A stretch of DNA of 62,915 bases, filler included, from Reticulomyxa filosa (taxonomy: Eukaryota > Protista > Foraminifera): NCBI GenBank assembly GCA_000512085.1. It is 18 parts of 18 records of this genome, joined end to end, with 100 filler letters (N's around TTAATTAATTAA, not from the genome) between each part and the next. Parts side by side here need not be neighbours in the genome. Positions count along the whole stretch, not along the records: positions 20,461 to 36,248 come from ASPP01020900.1; positions 36,349 to 43,074 come from ASPP01005760.1; 16 more parts are not named here. One strand, written 5' to 3'. Both the position numbers and the translations under genes were made by a program. Below, piece by piece: positions 23,276-39,686 of this stretch. Every line of letters starts with the position of its first letter. Position 1 is the stretch's first letter. Under the pieces are notes generated by a model. It was given only the letters and a program-made list of their open reading frames with translations. It was not told the DNA's origin and ran no database searches.

Positions 23276-26200
23276 TGATGTTTGAAATTGTAATTTTTTT
23301 TTTGGTGGTGGGGGGGGGAATGGGAGAATAGCTTTACCTGGCTTGCAACAGTTGCACACATGGTGCACAGAGGCAGCCTTGAAATCCAAACCAGAACGAA
23401 ACATTTATCCGTCAGTTCGTTTGTGGCAAGTCACATTTGATATCGTACGACGTTTTGTTGGCGATTTGAACGAACCAGAAGACGTCGAGCAATTGTCACC
23501 AGATCATGTCTTTCCAGATGTCAACTTTATTCAGAATCTGCAAAAAGGATTGCATTTGTTTGGCTTTGAAGAACCTGCCAAAAAAATTGCCGAATTTTAT
23601 ATGACGAAAGTCAACAAAACAAATCCAAAGAGCAAAGTTTCGTTTATTTTTTTAGATAATTTTTTAATTTGGTTTAATTTATTATTTTTTATTTTTTTTT
23701 TTTTTTAAAATAGTTGACATTGCAAAGTGTCGCGGTTCCTTTTCGAACTCAAAGTGTTCGCATCTCAGTCGGAACATCGTATGCACGATTTCAAATGGAA
23801 CATTGTGGCCCGTTTATGATTCGTGGTGTAGGTTCTCGTCCAGACCCTCGTGTCACTGGCTTTTATCCTGATCAATGGCAGGTGAAACTGCTGGACATTG
23901 TAGATCGCAGACAATCGGCACTGGTGGTGGCACCCACTTCCTCTGGTAAAACCTTCATTTCCTATTATACCATGAAGCACATTCTGCAAGAGAATCAAAA
24001 AGCCAAGCATCTCCAAGAGAAAGGCATTGTGATATACATTGCACCGACAAAAGCATTAGTGTGGCAAGCATTAGGTGATATCTACAGCAAATACGGACAA
24101 AAGTTTGGTGATGTAGTTGGGTTCTTCACCGAGGCAGAAGGGGCGGAGCCAGGCAATGCAAGGAAGGCGCTCGAGTGTCAAATCTTGATTTGCTTGCCCT
24201 CTTCGTTTGAGCATTTGATGATGTCCGCTCAACGCTATGACTTGATTTCCCGAATTCGATATGTCATTTTTGATGAAATTCATTGCTTGGGACGATCCGA
24301 AGGAGGAGAGATTTGGGAACGATTGCTGTTGTTGATAAGAGCTCCGTTTTTGGCGCTCTCTGCGACCATTGGACATGCGGATATCTTTCTCAATTGGTTG
24401 CGCAGGTGGGTTTCGTTTGTTTACTTTTCCTCTCTTCCGTCTTATAATTTATAAAAGCATATACATATACATATACATATATATATATTTAAAAAAAAAA
24501 TAAAATTAGAGTGGATAATATAATGAGAGAACAACAAGAGAAATATCGACATCGTGTACATTATGTGTGCTTCAATGAGCGATGGAGTGATTTGGAAAAG
24601 TACACGTACGTCCCTGAACCAACGCATTTGTTTGACCAAAGAGAATTCCACGCACAAAAGCCTATCCCATCTGTTGGCGGCTGTGGGACAGACTACAAAA
24701 GCGCTTGCATAAAAGTCCATCCGGGAGCTGCCATTGCCATGGGTTTGGGATTGGACAAAGAGGACGAATTCCCACCAGGACTTAGTCTGTCGCCTCAAGA
24801 TTCCTTATATCTGTTTGACGCTTTGACCAAACATGTCTCCGAATTGCCTCCGATTTATCAAGTTTTGTCTTTGTTTATCTTGTATTTTGGATTTCAAATC
24901 CTTAAAAGAATATATCTCAACCTTTATTTGATTGTCTTTGTAATAACAATATTGCTTCGAACAAAATGGTCGAACACTAGAAACGTCTCGGACGTTTGAG
25001 ACCAGATATATTTTTCCGTGATGACATGTATGTAACCAAACGCCGCGCGGTCGAATATGAACGCAAGTTGAAAGCAGAGATTCGCTATTGGCTGATAGGT
25101 TTGCATAACTGCGAGTTGTTGGACGACAAGTCGTTCCAAGAATTGGGTATGGATTACAGCATGCCATTGGAAGAAGAGGACATTCGTGAGGAATGGCAAA
25201 AAGCGCAAGAAGAAAACGCCACCAAAATCAACAAACCACAAGGGAAGAAACATCAAAAACAAGTTAAACAAGACAAGCCGCTCCCACCTCCAAAAGGACA
25301 AAGCAAAAAAGAAAACAGAAAAGGAAAAGAAAAAGAGAAAGGCAAAGCGGAAGAAGAAAAAAAAGAGGATCACAAAAGTGAGGAAGAATTGTTGGTGCAA
25401 GAAAGTCGTACTTGTGAGCCCAAGATATTGAATATGGAAGAAAGAAAAAAGCGAAAAATATTAGTCAATGCGGTGCTCAAGAGCTTGGCAGAGTATCCCT
25501 TGCAACGCATTGAGCGTATGGAACATTGTGCTGAGGAAAAGAACAAAAAGAAAAAGGACAATGAGCAAAAGGAAAACGAAAAAGAAAATCACAAGCACAA
25601 ACATGAAAAAGATGCAGAGGCAAAAGAAATTAATGTATATGGACCGCAGTTTGTTCAAGACAACATGGCACAATTGCTTCTCGATTTACACGGTATAATT
25701 TTATTATTATTATTATTTGTGCATTATATACATTATATGTACATGTATAAATGTATACGTATATGTATACTTATGCGTTGTTATTGTCCATATTTGTCAC
25801 ATTAGCATACAATCGATTGCCTGCACTGATCTTTTGCTTGGATCGCATCCAATGCGAGAAATTGGTCGCACGGGTATTGAGTGATTTAGAGGAATTGGAA
25901 AAGGAAACGTGGGAAGAAGAAAACCGAAAAAAAGGAACGGACGCAGAAGTGCTTCGAAGACGAGAACAAAAAAAGAGAGAACAAGAAAGGAAAAAATTGA
26001 TGAGAAAACTGGAACAACAAGCCAGAAATAAAGCGAGTGAAGACGCGTTGCCGGAGGATGAATACACAAACCAATTGGAAGAGTTTGATACTGAAGGCGA
26101 ACGAAAAGATTATCGGTTCACATTTGTGGAAGAGGGTACGGAAGTGGATCCATCCATCAAAGAATGGTGGACGTCGCGATTGACACGAAAAGGATGGAAT

Positions 26201-28023
26201 GAAAAACATATTTTGTTGCGAGCATTGGATCGAGGAATTGGAATGCATCACGAAGGTTTACGCTTAAACTATCGTCACTTGGTAGAGACTTTGTTTCGAT
26301 ATAGACACATTAAGGTTGTCATATCCGAGGCTTCCTTGGCCATGGGTGTGAACATGCCTGCCAGAACAGTTGTGTTTGCAGGGGATGATCCTGCATTGAC
26401 TCCATTGAACTATCGACAAATGATGGGTCGAGCAGGTAGAAGAGGGTATGATAACGTCGGGTATGTCATCTTTTTTGGAATCAAACCACGACGAGTGGCT
26501 TATTTGATGACTTCACATTTGACAAGTCTGAACGGTCATTTCCCAATTAATACTACCACCTCTTTGCGGTCCATTCAGTTGTATAACGGATATAAATCCA
26601 AAGACGAACAGTGGGCTAAACAAACTTTGAAAAACCTGTTCCAACCCCCTTTCAGTGGTCGTGCTATCAAATCTCGAGTCGATTTGCAAATTAAACACCA
26701 ATTCCGATATTCATTGGAGTATCAGTTGCAACATGGAATGTTGTCTTTTCAAGCTGAATTCAAAGGCCTTGCTGGTTTAGTTTCGCATTTGCATTCCTAT
26801 GAGCCAGATAACTATGCATTTGCCAAGGTGAAACAGCTACATTCAAAAAAACAACAAAAAAAAATGATATGACAACAAAATAAACAATAATAATAATAAT
26901 AATAATAATCCAATAGCTGATCCAATCTGGCGTTTTGCATGAATTGTGCAAAGGTTATAAACACCATATGGGTGCTGATCCGAAAGGCAAACTCAAGCGA
27001 ACAATTCAAAACAAATTGTTACTTATCTTGTGTCACATCTTCTGCAGACACCCAGTTCCTGTTGGCTATGATCCAGAGGCAAACCCGTATGCTGCAAGTA
27101 AGACATTACATGGTTCTTATCTGGTGTTGCCTCCTTTGCACTGTCAAGAAGACCCTGTACTTCAAAAGGCCGGAGAAATACTCCAACAACACAACAAACA
27201 TACTGCGTCAATGTTTAGTGAATACTTCCGTATATTTGCATCGACGGAATTGTCAAACAAGGCAAATGAACAAAATGGCCAAACGCACAAACATTTGCCA
27301 CTGTCCAATATTTCCTTTGAAAAGAACACCTCTGAATTGCCGCAATCGAAATTGCTAGCAGTGGTTCAACAAAGAGCTAATGAATATCAAGCGAGATCTC
27401 CGTTTGCAGCAGCGAGTGGACTTGAGGATAATTTTGATTCTATTAATGGATACGCTGAGACCATACGTACAGATATGGCAGTCGAACCAGCAACAATTCC
27501 AATTTGTGAATGGAAAGATGTACGTGGAAGGCAAGCTAATTTGAATGCATATGCTTATGACTTTTTCCAACATGAAAGTCTTTTCAGAATCGTGGAATTA
27601 AACAATGTTCGAGATGCTCTTGGGTGGCACATGTTGAAGGTATTTAATACGTTGCTGTTGCAAATTCAACAGGCATTTGAAGATGTCTCGAATATGGCAA
27701 CGGAACAAAAGGTGCTGGCCAAAGACTTTGATCTCAAAATTAAAGATCTCGAGTCAAAATATATAAAAGTACAACAACACGCGTACAGCATTTATCGTGG
27801 AAAAAAACGAGGACAGCATTACAGACATAAAGAGACGGGCAAAGTTATACGTGAAGATGAACTTAATGAGTTGAAAGAAGAAATGCGAATAATGGCATAT
27901 GGAGATGATCTTGTGGTGGCTTTTGGAGACTTACAAAAAGAATTCCGCAGAAAGTGGAAAATCGGTATGTATCAAAACCCTGGACCAATTTCAGCGTTGG
28001 AGCAGAGTGCTGGAGGAGATTAA
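20602..28023 (+). CDS. DDX60: DDX60-like Ski2-family DExD/H RNA helicase, multi-exon (5' exon(s) probably off contig)
   Basis: DDX60-type signature RFQMEHCGPFMIR...PDPRVTGFYPDQWQVKLLDIVDRRQSALVVAPTSSGKT. Also YIAPTKALV, IFDEIHCL, FLALSATIG, ERWSDLEK, RGIGMHHEGL, LAMGVNMPARTVVF, YRQMMGRAGRRGYD, SPFAAASG and LNAYAYDFF. About 10 GT-AG introns. Confidence 0.9.
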
Positions 28024-28828
28024 AAATATTAACAGCGGAGCGGCTCCCACAATCGATTATGAACTTAAGAATAAAACAAAGGAATGTCGTCGTTCCATTC
28101 ACTTTGTTTTTTTTTTATTGCTGTTGTTTTATTTTGGTTCTAAAATAGGGTGGAGAGTTTTTGCCAAAACAAGGGAAAATCCATTCAAAACTAAAGGAGA
28201 ACACAACAAACGAATGTTGTGCATTTTTTAATTCTTGCCTGATTTTTATTTGAATGTGACAATCTCGTTCATTTCTAACTTTACTTTCAAATTGTTCACA
28301 AAACTTTCGTATTAGTCCAATTTTTCGTATCGTTTACGTTCCACATATTACAAATAGATGTTTTAATAAGCTTTTTGTGGCTTGAGAATTTAATGATAGA
28401 CAAAAACAGACTAACAATCAAATATGTTAGACCGAGTTAAGAAATTGCTAATTTTGGCATGCGTCAGGTTTCGTATATTCCGCTGTAAGTGGAAAGTTTT
28501 TCGCCAAATAAAAAATAAAAATGACCAAAATAGTGTGTTTAATGGTATCTATCTGTGACTATGTTACATGCAAAGGGATATGGAAATCTCTAAACATGCA
28601 CCAAAATACACAATATATTGGTTTAGTTGTTGTTAACGATGAGACTCAAGTAAAAGTCTGCAAACGTAAGTTTGTTCTTGGAATGAAATGCATTATCTAC
28701 TGTCTCCATTCAATGACAGAGATTGAGTATGTCAACAGAAAATTGAAAAAAATTTTAAAATGGCACATTTGTGTATGAAATTCATCTTGGACAGTCCAAT
28801 CACAGAAAAAGCAATAAAAAAAAACATT

Positions 28829-30423
28829 TTATCCAATGATAGCCGCATTGGATTTGGACAAGTCATTTAAATAGACATAAGTATCCGTGCCATATCCATG
28901 AACACTAAAAATATTACAGTCTCCGCCATAATAGCGAGCATACAGCCTGGCCAGAGACAATCCATATCCCAATCCAAACATAGGTATATTTTTCAAAGCA
29001 ACCAACATCTCACGATTAGGTGCACTTTGTGCTTCTTTTTGAAGTAATGCAAATAATTCTTTTCGAGTCCGTCCATAAGGATCGACAGCAGTAGTATAGC
29101 TATACAACCAGATTTTTTCCATATCGGCACGTGGAATTCCACCCCCTTTGTCAGCAATTTTTATTGTTACTGTTTCAGGAGTGTCGACGATGACTAAGAA
29201 TTCACATCACACAAAACAAGAGATATAAAACTCAAAATAATATATTAACAACCTGAGAAGAGGAAGAAAAAAAAAACAAAACTTATATCAATAGGTTTCA
29301 AGTTTTTCGGATGGGTTTCACAAACGGCACGCATGGAATTTTTTAAGAGTTCAAATGAAATGTGATGCAAATGTTCTGGAATGTAAATGAAATGCTTTTG
29401 CTTTCGTTTGTCGTGTATATTGACTTTTGGAACTTCACCAAAGTACTTTTGGCATTGAACACTGGCATCTGCAATTGCTTCCTCTACATGAGCGACCACA
29501 TTTGTATCTTGATAAATCCCGTTCTTTGACCAACGTAGACTAACATGTTGGCCTTACATTTTCATATCACATGCATAAAACTTATATATGCTAATATGGT
29601 TATGGACCTACGTATATTCAAAGAAAAACATACACATAAAAAGCATGTACTATGCGAACCAAGTAAGACACGAAGAGAAACCCGCAATTGGCAAATTCGG
29701 TCAATAAAATCGTTCAAATATGGCGTTTCTTCGATTTTGAACATGGGATTTTCCTCTGCCATTTCTAGCAGCCCCATACATGTCAATGGTACTATCTAAA
29801 CCATATTATGCACACAAAGGGATCTTTTAGTTTTTTTTTTTTAAAAAAAAGGTTAATAAATTTTGTATTGATCTCTTTAAGAAAATAACTCAAGGCTACT
29901 TAACCAAAAGATGCTCTTTCAATCGTGTCAAAATGAATTCTGTAAACTCTTTTTCTTGTTCTGGGGAGCTCATTATCTCGGGTAAGTTTATGCACACCTC
30001 ATAGGATTGCAAATACAAATCGTAGATTTGTTGAATGGATGGAGCTTGATTTACTCCATAGGGCAGGTTTTGCAACGCAAGAATGACGTGGGCCAATCGG
30101 ATGGGTACTTGATCCCGCAGGAATTGTGCTGACTTCATCAACAGCTTTTGTTGCTCTTGTGGAGACTTTGTCTGGTGCATCATTTCACTGTAATTATACA
30201 TGTCTTTGAAAGTCAGCGCTATTGGCTTTTTTAATGCGTCGTTTTCAATTCGACGCAACAACGTAGACGTCGCTCGAGGGGACGTTGCTGTTGTCATATG
30301 TCTTTTTCGGTTGTGACCTAGTACCAGACTATTGTCCATTACATTACTTCCCAACCTTGTTTTTACTAAATTCAACCGTTTTCGTCTGGAGATATGCCCC
30401 AGACTTTTGAAATATTTCAACAT
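28829..30423 (-). CDS. Mitochondrial pyruvate dehydrogenase kinase / BCKDK-family kinase
   Basis: SAQFLRDQVPIRLAH, YIPEHLHHISFELLKNSMRA, IKIADKGGGIP, GLGYGLSLARLYARYYGGD, GYGTD. Basic presequence-like N-terminus. Four exons. Confidence 0.93.
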
Positions 30424-30802
30424 CATGATGTTGATTATGGCTAATTTTTTTGTATGTTTTTTGTAGGAACGTTGAGAGTGGTCTTTCGCTGTAGCTCAAA
30501 TTTTTTTGTTGTTGCTGAGTGGAAGAAATGCTATGGTGCTTGCATCCTCTTAAAGGAGTATAAAAGAACACTAAATTGATAAAAAGACAACAGTTTCAAG
30601 ACGAACTCCGTTAAAAATGATCTCAAAAAGCTGTATATCTCGTAATATAAAAAAAAGCATCTGATGAAAAAACCACACAAGATACTGCAATATGTTTCTT
30701 GGCTTGCTGCATCAACGTTGCAGTGAATTTTTTTGCAAGTGTTTTTGTTTTTGGAAAGTTCTACACCTTGGGGTATTTCGCAGTGAAGGTGAAAATTAGA
30801 AC

Positions 30803-33044
<2,242 letters not shown>

Positions 33045-35468
33045 TCGCCATTCAAAACAGCTGCAATATGCTGTTTACTTCTTTCTTTTTTTTCCATTTT
33101 TGCTTGCGAGGTCGGGACTAGGGGGTTCTGTTTGTTTTTCTCTGGTCTTTTCTTGTTTTGTTTTGTTTTGTTTTTTAGTTTTTTTCGGGGAGTGTGTGCA
33201 ATAGCTTCTTTTTTTGATTGTTGTGTAAAGTGCTTGCTTTGTGCTTGGCTCGGACATGAGGTTTTTTGTACTACTTATTTTTCCTTCCCCCCTTTCCCTT
33301 TCTGTCTCTGGTCTGTAAAGTGGCAAAATCTTCATGCCTGACCAAAGTACTTTTTTACATCTCGAGATATTTTTTTGGAGATATAGTACACAAAACTGGA
33401 ATTTGTTTAAGGACGACAATAACTGTCTTATCAAAGCAAGTTTTCAAATTTTTAATTGATACGTTTTTGTCATCTGTTTTTTACGAACACTTTGTTGACT
33501 CCAAAAATCTTTATAAACGATATAATTAGACAAGATATAGACATATTGTGCAGAAAAATATTATTGCTATAATTTTCTTTTTTTAAAAATAAAAATTATA
33601 CAATTATTTTCAAAATATCATAAAAAAAAGTGCATTAATACAAAAATGTAATTACCGAAAATCATCACAAGTCAAAATGTTAATAACACTTAAAAAAAAC
33701 AAATCTGCAATGATAAACTTAAACATTATAACAACAAAAAAATATCTAATTTATAATAAAACATTAAATAACATAAAAAATAAAAAAATAATTGGAAAAA
33801 TTGGGGGGAGCAATGACATATCAATAATTGTAAAAGCAACTATTGATAAATCAGTTAGAACCCTAGTATGCAATCACTTGTTGGAAACTTCGAACCCAAT
33901 ATCTACTGTAAAAAATGTTGTTTTTTTGGAATTCTTATAATACAATAACAATAACTTATAAGGTCATTGATATTATATTATAAGGTCCCAACCTTATAAT
34001 ACAACAGTTACACTAGTAAGAGAACTATGGTAGACTATGGAGCCTACTATCCTTCTTGCTAGTCGACATTCAACGGTAGCGTTACCATTCTCAAGGATAC
34101 TAGCTCTATGAAGAGTATAGCTAGTGATTCAATAATATCATATGTAGTCTTCATAAAAGTTCTACCAAAAGGAAAAACCAGTATGAGAAAAAAGAAATAT
34201 ATATATTATAAATCATGACACAAAATTCATTTTATCAATTATCAATATAACACAAACTACTTTATTTTATTCAATTGTCATCATCTTTGCTTATCCATAA
34301 AACGAAAAATCACAACTAATATTATATGAAAAAATATATATCATTTTGTTTTTATATTGAAACAATTATACAAAAAAAAAATAAATTAACAATTGTAAGT
34401 TTGGTAAAAACAAAAGTGGATCAAACTTGATAAATAGAGTTTATTTTAAGTATTTTTGTTTTCACTTGAGACTATCTTACTATCTTTGCAATCAAATTGG
34501 TGAAGCTTTAACGAATTATAAATGTATTAATGCATATACTGATATGCATGACAGAATGTATCAACTACAACAATTATTACAAGATAAATAAATCACAATA
34601 TTAATGTTGTAGAAAAAATATTTTTAATTGACAAAAAATTGTAGAAAAAAATAAATGCATTTTGAAATACTTGAAGATTATTGTATATTTTTTTCAATAA
34701 AAAAAAATTTTGAACAAATGTTGATTTTTGACTTAGAAAATCGATTATCTTCTCAATGTGTTATTACTTTTGTCACTACATATACCACAAATGATAATCT
34801 ATTTCTATATTTATCAAGCAATCAAAATAATTATGTACTGGAGATTACGTTGACATGTATTATTATATGGAAATAGTCACTGTGTTGATTGCGTTGAAAG
34901 TGCGTTCCAACAGAATAATAATTACACGATGGAATCACGATAGTAGACAAATTACACAAGTGTTAATGTGTTTCGTGACGTCTAAGTGTTCTTTGTCTAA
35001 CGAATTGTCAAATTTTAAACATGATAATGTTCAATCAACAATATCAATGAACTGACATACTTTCTGCTGTTTCTTCGTCAGTCAAGCCTAGTGAGAAAAT
35101 GCACAGCCCAAAGAATTTCGGTGATGCCCCTTGACCCAACAAAACACAAACTTTTCTGTGCAATTTCAATTGTGATGTCTGTTGTTTCTGTTTTAAACAG
35201 AATCAATAACAAAAAAATCAACATCAAAGTTGGGTAGACCTATAACTTTTTCTGCTCCACACAACTATAAGTCCTAATGAAAGATTTGTCAGTTATAAAA
35301 ATGTTATGCACTGGATTCTTTGAACACATTGGAGTTCCTCGAAATGTGGATAATTAAAAGAGAAAAAGGAATAATTTTATTGTAGTTTTTTGTTTTTTGA
35401 AATTTCGGTGTTTTTCCATTGCTATTACATATCCTGAGGGTAACCCAACCAATAATTGATACAAAATC

Positions 35469-36248
35469 ATGTCAGAGCCCATGGAAGTAGACAAGAGAGA
35501 TGAGAAAGAGAAAGAGAAAAAAGAAGATGAGCACAAAAAGGGAAAGAATGACATGGATAAAGATGTGCAAACCGTTTTGGATGTTGATTACAAAGTCAAA
35601 GATGACGTGGTGGAAGAAGAAGAAGAACTAATGATTGACCCCACGCATAGCAAAATTGTTCAAGAACAAGTAGAATTGATTGTGGCGGAGACAAAATCAA
35701 CAGTTAAAGCATTTCGGGGGTGTCTGTATTGAATATCAAAAAAAAAAAGGGGGATGATAACGGAAAAAAAACAAAACAACACAAATAATAAAAACACGCA
35801 CACAAAGGGAAATCTAGCCGATGGAATTGAACGTCTGTTATTAGTTGAGAAAAAGCAAAGACAGGTAATCCACCTTAATACTTTTTTTTATTTTTTTTTT
35901 TTTTTTAAAGTAATAAAAATAAGAATGTGAAATATAACTAGTAGAAATGTATGTAAATGGCAACAAATAACAAATTGGAATGAAATAGGCGGAAGAAGAG
36001 GGCAATACATTGTATATAGCCAAGGCAATATTGGGATTGTGCCATGAAAGCCAAAATTGGCCAATTTTGATCGAGCAAATAGCGGTGATAACACGTCGTC
36101 GATCACAATTTCGTCGTGTGGTTATAAGGGTAGTGCAATTTGGTATGGATTTGCTGGACAAAACGCCAGACAAAGACACACAATTACGACTAATGAATGC
36201 ACTTATCAGCGTGACGGAAGGGAAAATATTCGTGGAAGTTGAGCGCGC
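35469..36248 (+). CDS. PSMD12: 26S proteasome lid subunit Rpn5/PSMD12, 5' part
   Basis: IERLLLVEKKQRQ, ITRRRSQFR, ISVTEGKIFVEVER. Two introns. Truncated at the spacer. Confidence 0.93.
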
Positions 36249-36348
36249 NNNNNNNNNNNNNNNNNNNNNNNNNNNNNNNNNNNNNNNNNNNNTTAATTAA
36301 TTAANNNNNNNNNNNNNNNNNNNNNNNNNNNNNNNNNNNNNNNNNNNN

Positions 36349-37261
36349 TGTGTGTGTGTGTGTGTACCCAAATCTTGCGCGGGTCAGAAAAATATTTGGA
36401 TTTGTTGATGATATGTTGGCGGAATGTGGTGAAAATAAAGCATTTGCGACATTCGAGGAAGTTGCCATAGGTTCGTTTTTTTTTTGTTTGTTTGTCTGTG
36501 GTTAGAAAGAAGAGGAGGGAGGGGGGGGGGTGGGTCAGACTTTTGTGTTGTTATTTGGCAATGACAAATGGGAAAAATATGTAGAAATTGGTGGCATTCA
36601 TGAAGCTGGCAATGACGGTACTGCGGACAGCATTGAAATGGCATTACTGTTTGCGGCCCAATATCCACAAAGAGTCCAACACAAAGTATATTTGGAGCTG
36701 AAACAACTGTTCCCGAACAAAAACGAAGAGTTTGACTTGTCCAAGTTTGACTTGAAGGAAATGCCTTTGTTCCAAGCGCTGATTCACGAATCGTTAAGGT
36801 TGTCCCATTCCACCCAGTTTGGGGTATTCCATTGCGTCTTTGTAGACGATGTCATTGAATGCGGCTCTGACAATCAACACAAATACAATATCCCTGCCAA
36901 CAGTGTGGTGTTTATTAATAATTGGTACGCTTTGGAATACTCACACGAAGAAGGATGGATTGAACCACCTACACAATTCAATCTGGAAAATTGGCTGACG
37001 GTAGACAAGGACACCAACAAAACGGTGTTCAAAATGAAGGAACCTTGGGTTCGCTTTGGAATTGGTCGCAGGGACTGTGTTGGCAGAGAGCTGGCAATGA
37101 AACAAGTCATGACTGCTGTTGGAAATATATTGCTGCGATATGAATTGCAATTAGCGCCTGATCTTATCAATGGACAAAAAGATTTCACTTTCGCGAGCCA
37201 TGGCTTAACGTACAAGCCAACACCTCAAGTTGGAATTTTTGTAAAGAAAAGAAATGAGTAG
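36349..37261 (+). CDS. Cytochrome P450, C-terminal part
   Basis: I-helix AGNDGT, K-helix ESLR, FNLENW (PERF region), heme motif FGIGRRDCVG. Confidence 0.92.
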
Positions 37262-37618
37262 TTTTTAAGATTTATTTGCTCATGTAAGCATCTGGTCACA
37301 ATCCAATTGGATTGTTCTTCTCTTTTATTGAGCTAAAATTGTTTCTATTTCTGGTTATTTTCTGCTTAAAAAAAAACTATTCACAACAACGAATATTACT
37401 TTTAATTCAATCCAATTGAGGGAACTCAAAGGAATGAAGTAGCTCTACACTCAAAAGTTAACTTAAACTGCTTTCCAAAATGTCCCCGTCAAAACAAGCC
37501 ATTAACAAGAAACGAAAAAGAATCTGAACGTTCTTTTAAAAAAAAATTATTTCATATTCATACAATTTCATTTTTTCAATAAAATAATTTTGTCAGAAAT
37601 TTGTAGTTCCAAATCAAT

Positions 37619-38713
37619 ATGTCGACACAAGCGGAAGAAGGACCCGCCAAAAAACCTGACAATGGACCGACGGGAGATGCAGCTAAGACCACCGAACAGT
37701 CGGAGGAGGATGCAGTAGCAAAAAAAAGACGGCGACAAGTTGAGAATAAAGCTAAATAAAAAAAGTACCATGATAAAAAAACATTAACTATATACATCGA
37801 CAGGCCCAAGCACGTCAAAAGCGCTTGGAAGCAGGAGGAAAAAATAGGCTCGATTTTATAAACAATAGAATATCAAAAGTAAAGTTGGATGAGATAACCA
37901 AAGAGAATATGAACAAATCACCAGAAGAATTGGCCCAACTCTATCCAGACCAGCCAAATGATGACGCAATTTTTTCCTCCGAATCACAACCATCAATGGA
38001 TCGATTCCTCATTGGAAATGATATTACTATGAACAACGATATCTTCAATATTCCCACGACAATTCCGTCGTTTCAATCACCTCTAATCGATCCTGGTCAA
38101 ATAATGACAGATATCCTAGCTCAAGCTTGCAAAAATGAAGGCAGCAATGAAGCAGAAAATAATACTATCGAATCAGAAATCGAAAAAGAAAATAATAAAA
38201 AAATGCAAGAATGGAAACAAAAAGAAGAACAATTAAATCGATTTGACGAGTGGTTACATATCGCATTCATCATTTTGTTTGTCTTTGCTTTATTTTTATT
38301 CCCTAATTTTACCGTTTTTTCCTACAGCTTGTCCTCAGACACCGTGAGTTTTTTTTTAGCTTTTGAATGTCTCTTGATTGGTCTCATCTCGTGGTATCGT
38401 GGAACATTGGATTCCATTAAACCTAAAGTTTTGTTTTTTCTATTTGTTGATTTTTTAACTGAGGCCACATTGTTGTTTTTGTTTGCTTCAATTAATACAA
38501 TAGGAAGTGGGTCTATTGGATCAATTGGCTATCCTTACACAACTATGGGGTATGGATACAAAGCAAATGCATCAAATGTTCGATCGCTTCAATAAATATT
38601 TGAATGTTGCCCTTGATGCTTTCAAAATTTTCAGAACATTAGCTTCTGATTATGCTTTTTTCATATTTTTATGGGTTGTCATAACTGCTGTGTGCTCTTG
38701 GGCCTCGTCTTAG
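37619..38713 (+). CDS. Get2/CAML-like tail-anchored-protein insertase receptor
   Basis: Spliced N-terminus KKRRRQ|AQARQKRLEAGGKNRLDFI resembles the Get2/CAML basic RRxxK...RLxxI motif. Followed by a disordered linker and three C-terminal TM helices. Confidence 0.62.
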
Positions 38714-39686
38714 TTGCATATCTGATTACAATTTTCTAAGATTTTTCCCAAATTGGGGATGCGTCTTGCCATTCTTTCAAAAATTTGACACCTTTGAAGA
38801 TCGTTTGTCATAACACATTCATGCTATTCAAAACAATGTACATCAAAATTTCCAATGATCCCCTTTTTTTTTGATTGACTGCTTTAAATGATGACAATTT
38901 GAAACTTATGATACGATAAAATGTCAAGATTGCATGAGAATATACATTACAACAACTGTTTTATTGGTTAATACCGGTTGCCAATTTAAAACAAAAACCC
39001 CCGTAAGCAAATCAAACCAAGTCATGTACATCCATTACAATGACCTGTTGATTTACCTTTTAAATGTTTTTTTGAAGGTACAGTTATCCAACAGTAAATA
39101 ACGAAACACAAAAGCGCAAAGAAAAGGTGTGCATTGAAAAAAATTTAACGAAATAACAGCAAAATGGATCAATACACAAAAGAAAACAAAAGAAAAAATT
39201 CATAAAAGAACTGAGAACAACATTAATGAAACAAAAATGAATAAAAACAAACATAAAAAAAAAGAGTGAGTTGGAAAAGAAATTAAACAAACAAAAAAGT
39301 AAAAACAAAATGAACACAACAAAAGTCCACAACTTGAAAAATTTAAAAATAAAAAGGATTATTTGTGGAGGACAGCATAAAACAAAAAAGCTCACTCTAG
39401 TGTTTTCTCTTTTGACTTTGTTCCTTTGTGCTTAATGCCATCAAATGAATAAAGCATTGGTGGGGGGTGTGGGGGGAGAAAAAAAGATTTTTTTTGCTCC
39501 AATTGTTATTGGCGTTTTCTTTCTTTTCCTTCCAACTCGACAATAAGCACAACATATCATAGAAAGAGAAAACACAACAGGACCCCAAGTGCGAATAATC
39601 AAACAAGGAAAGGAAAAATCCAAAAAAACAAAAAAAAAAAAGCAATGGAAGTGTGGGAGAAGGAGAAAAAAAAAAAGAAAAATAAT

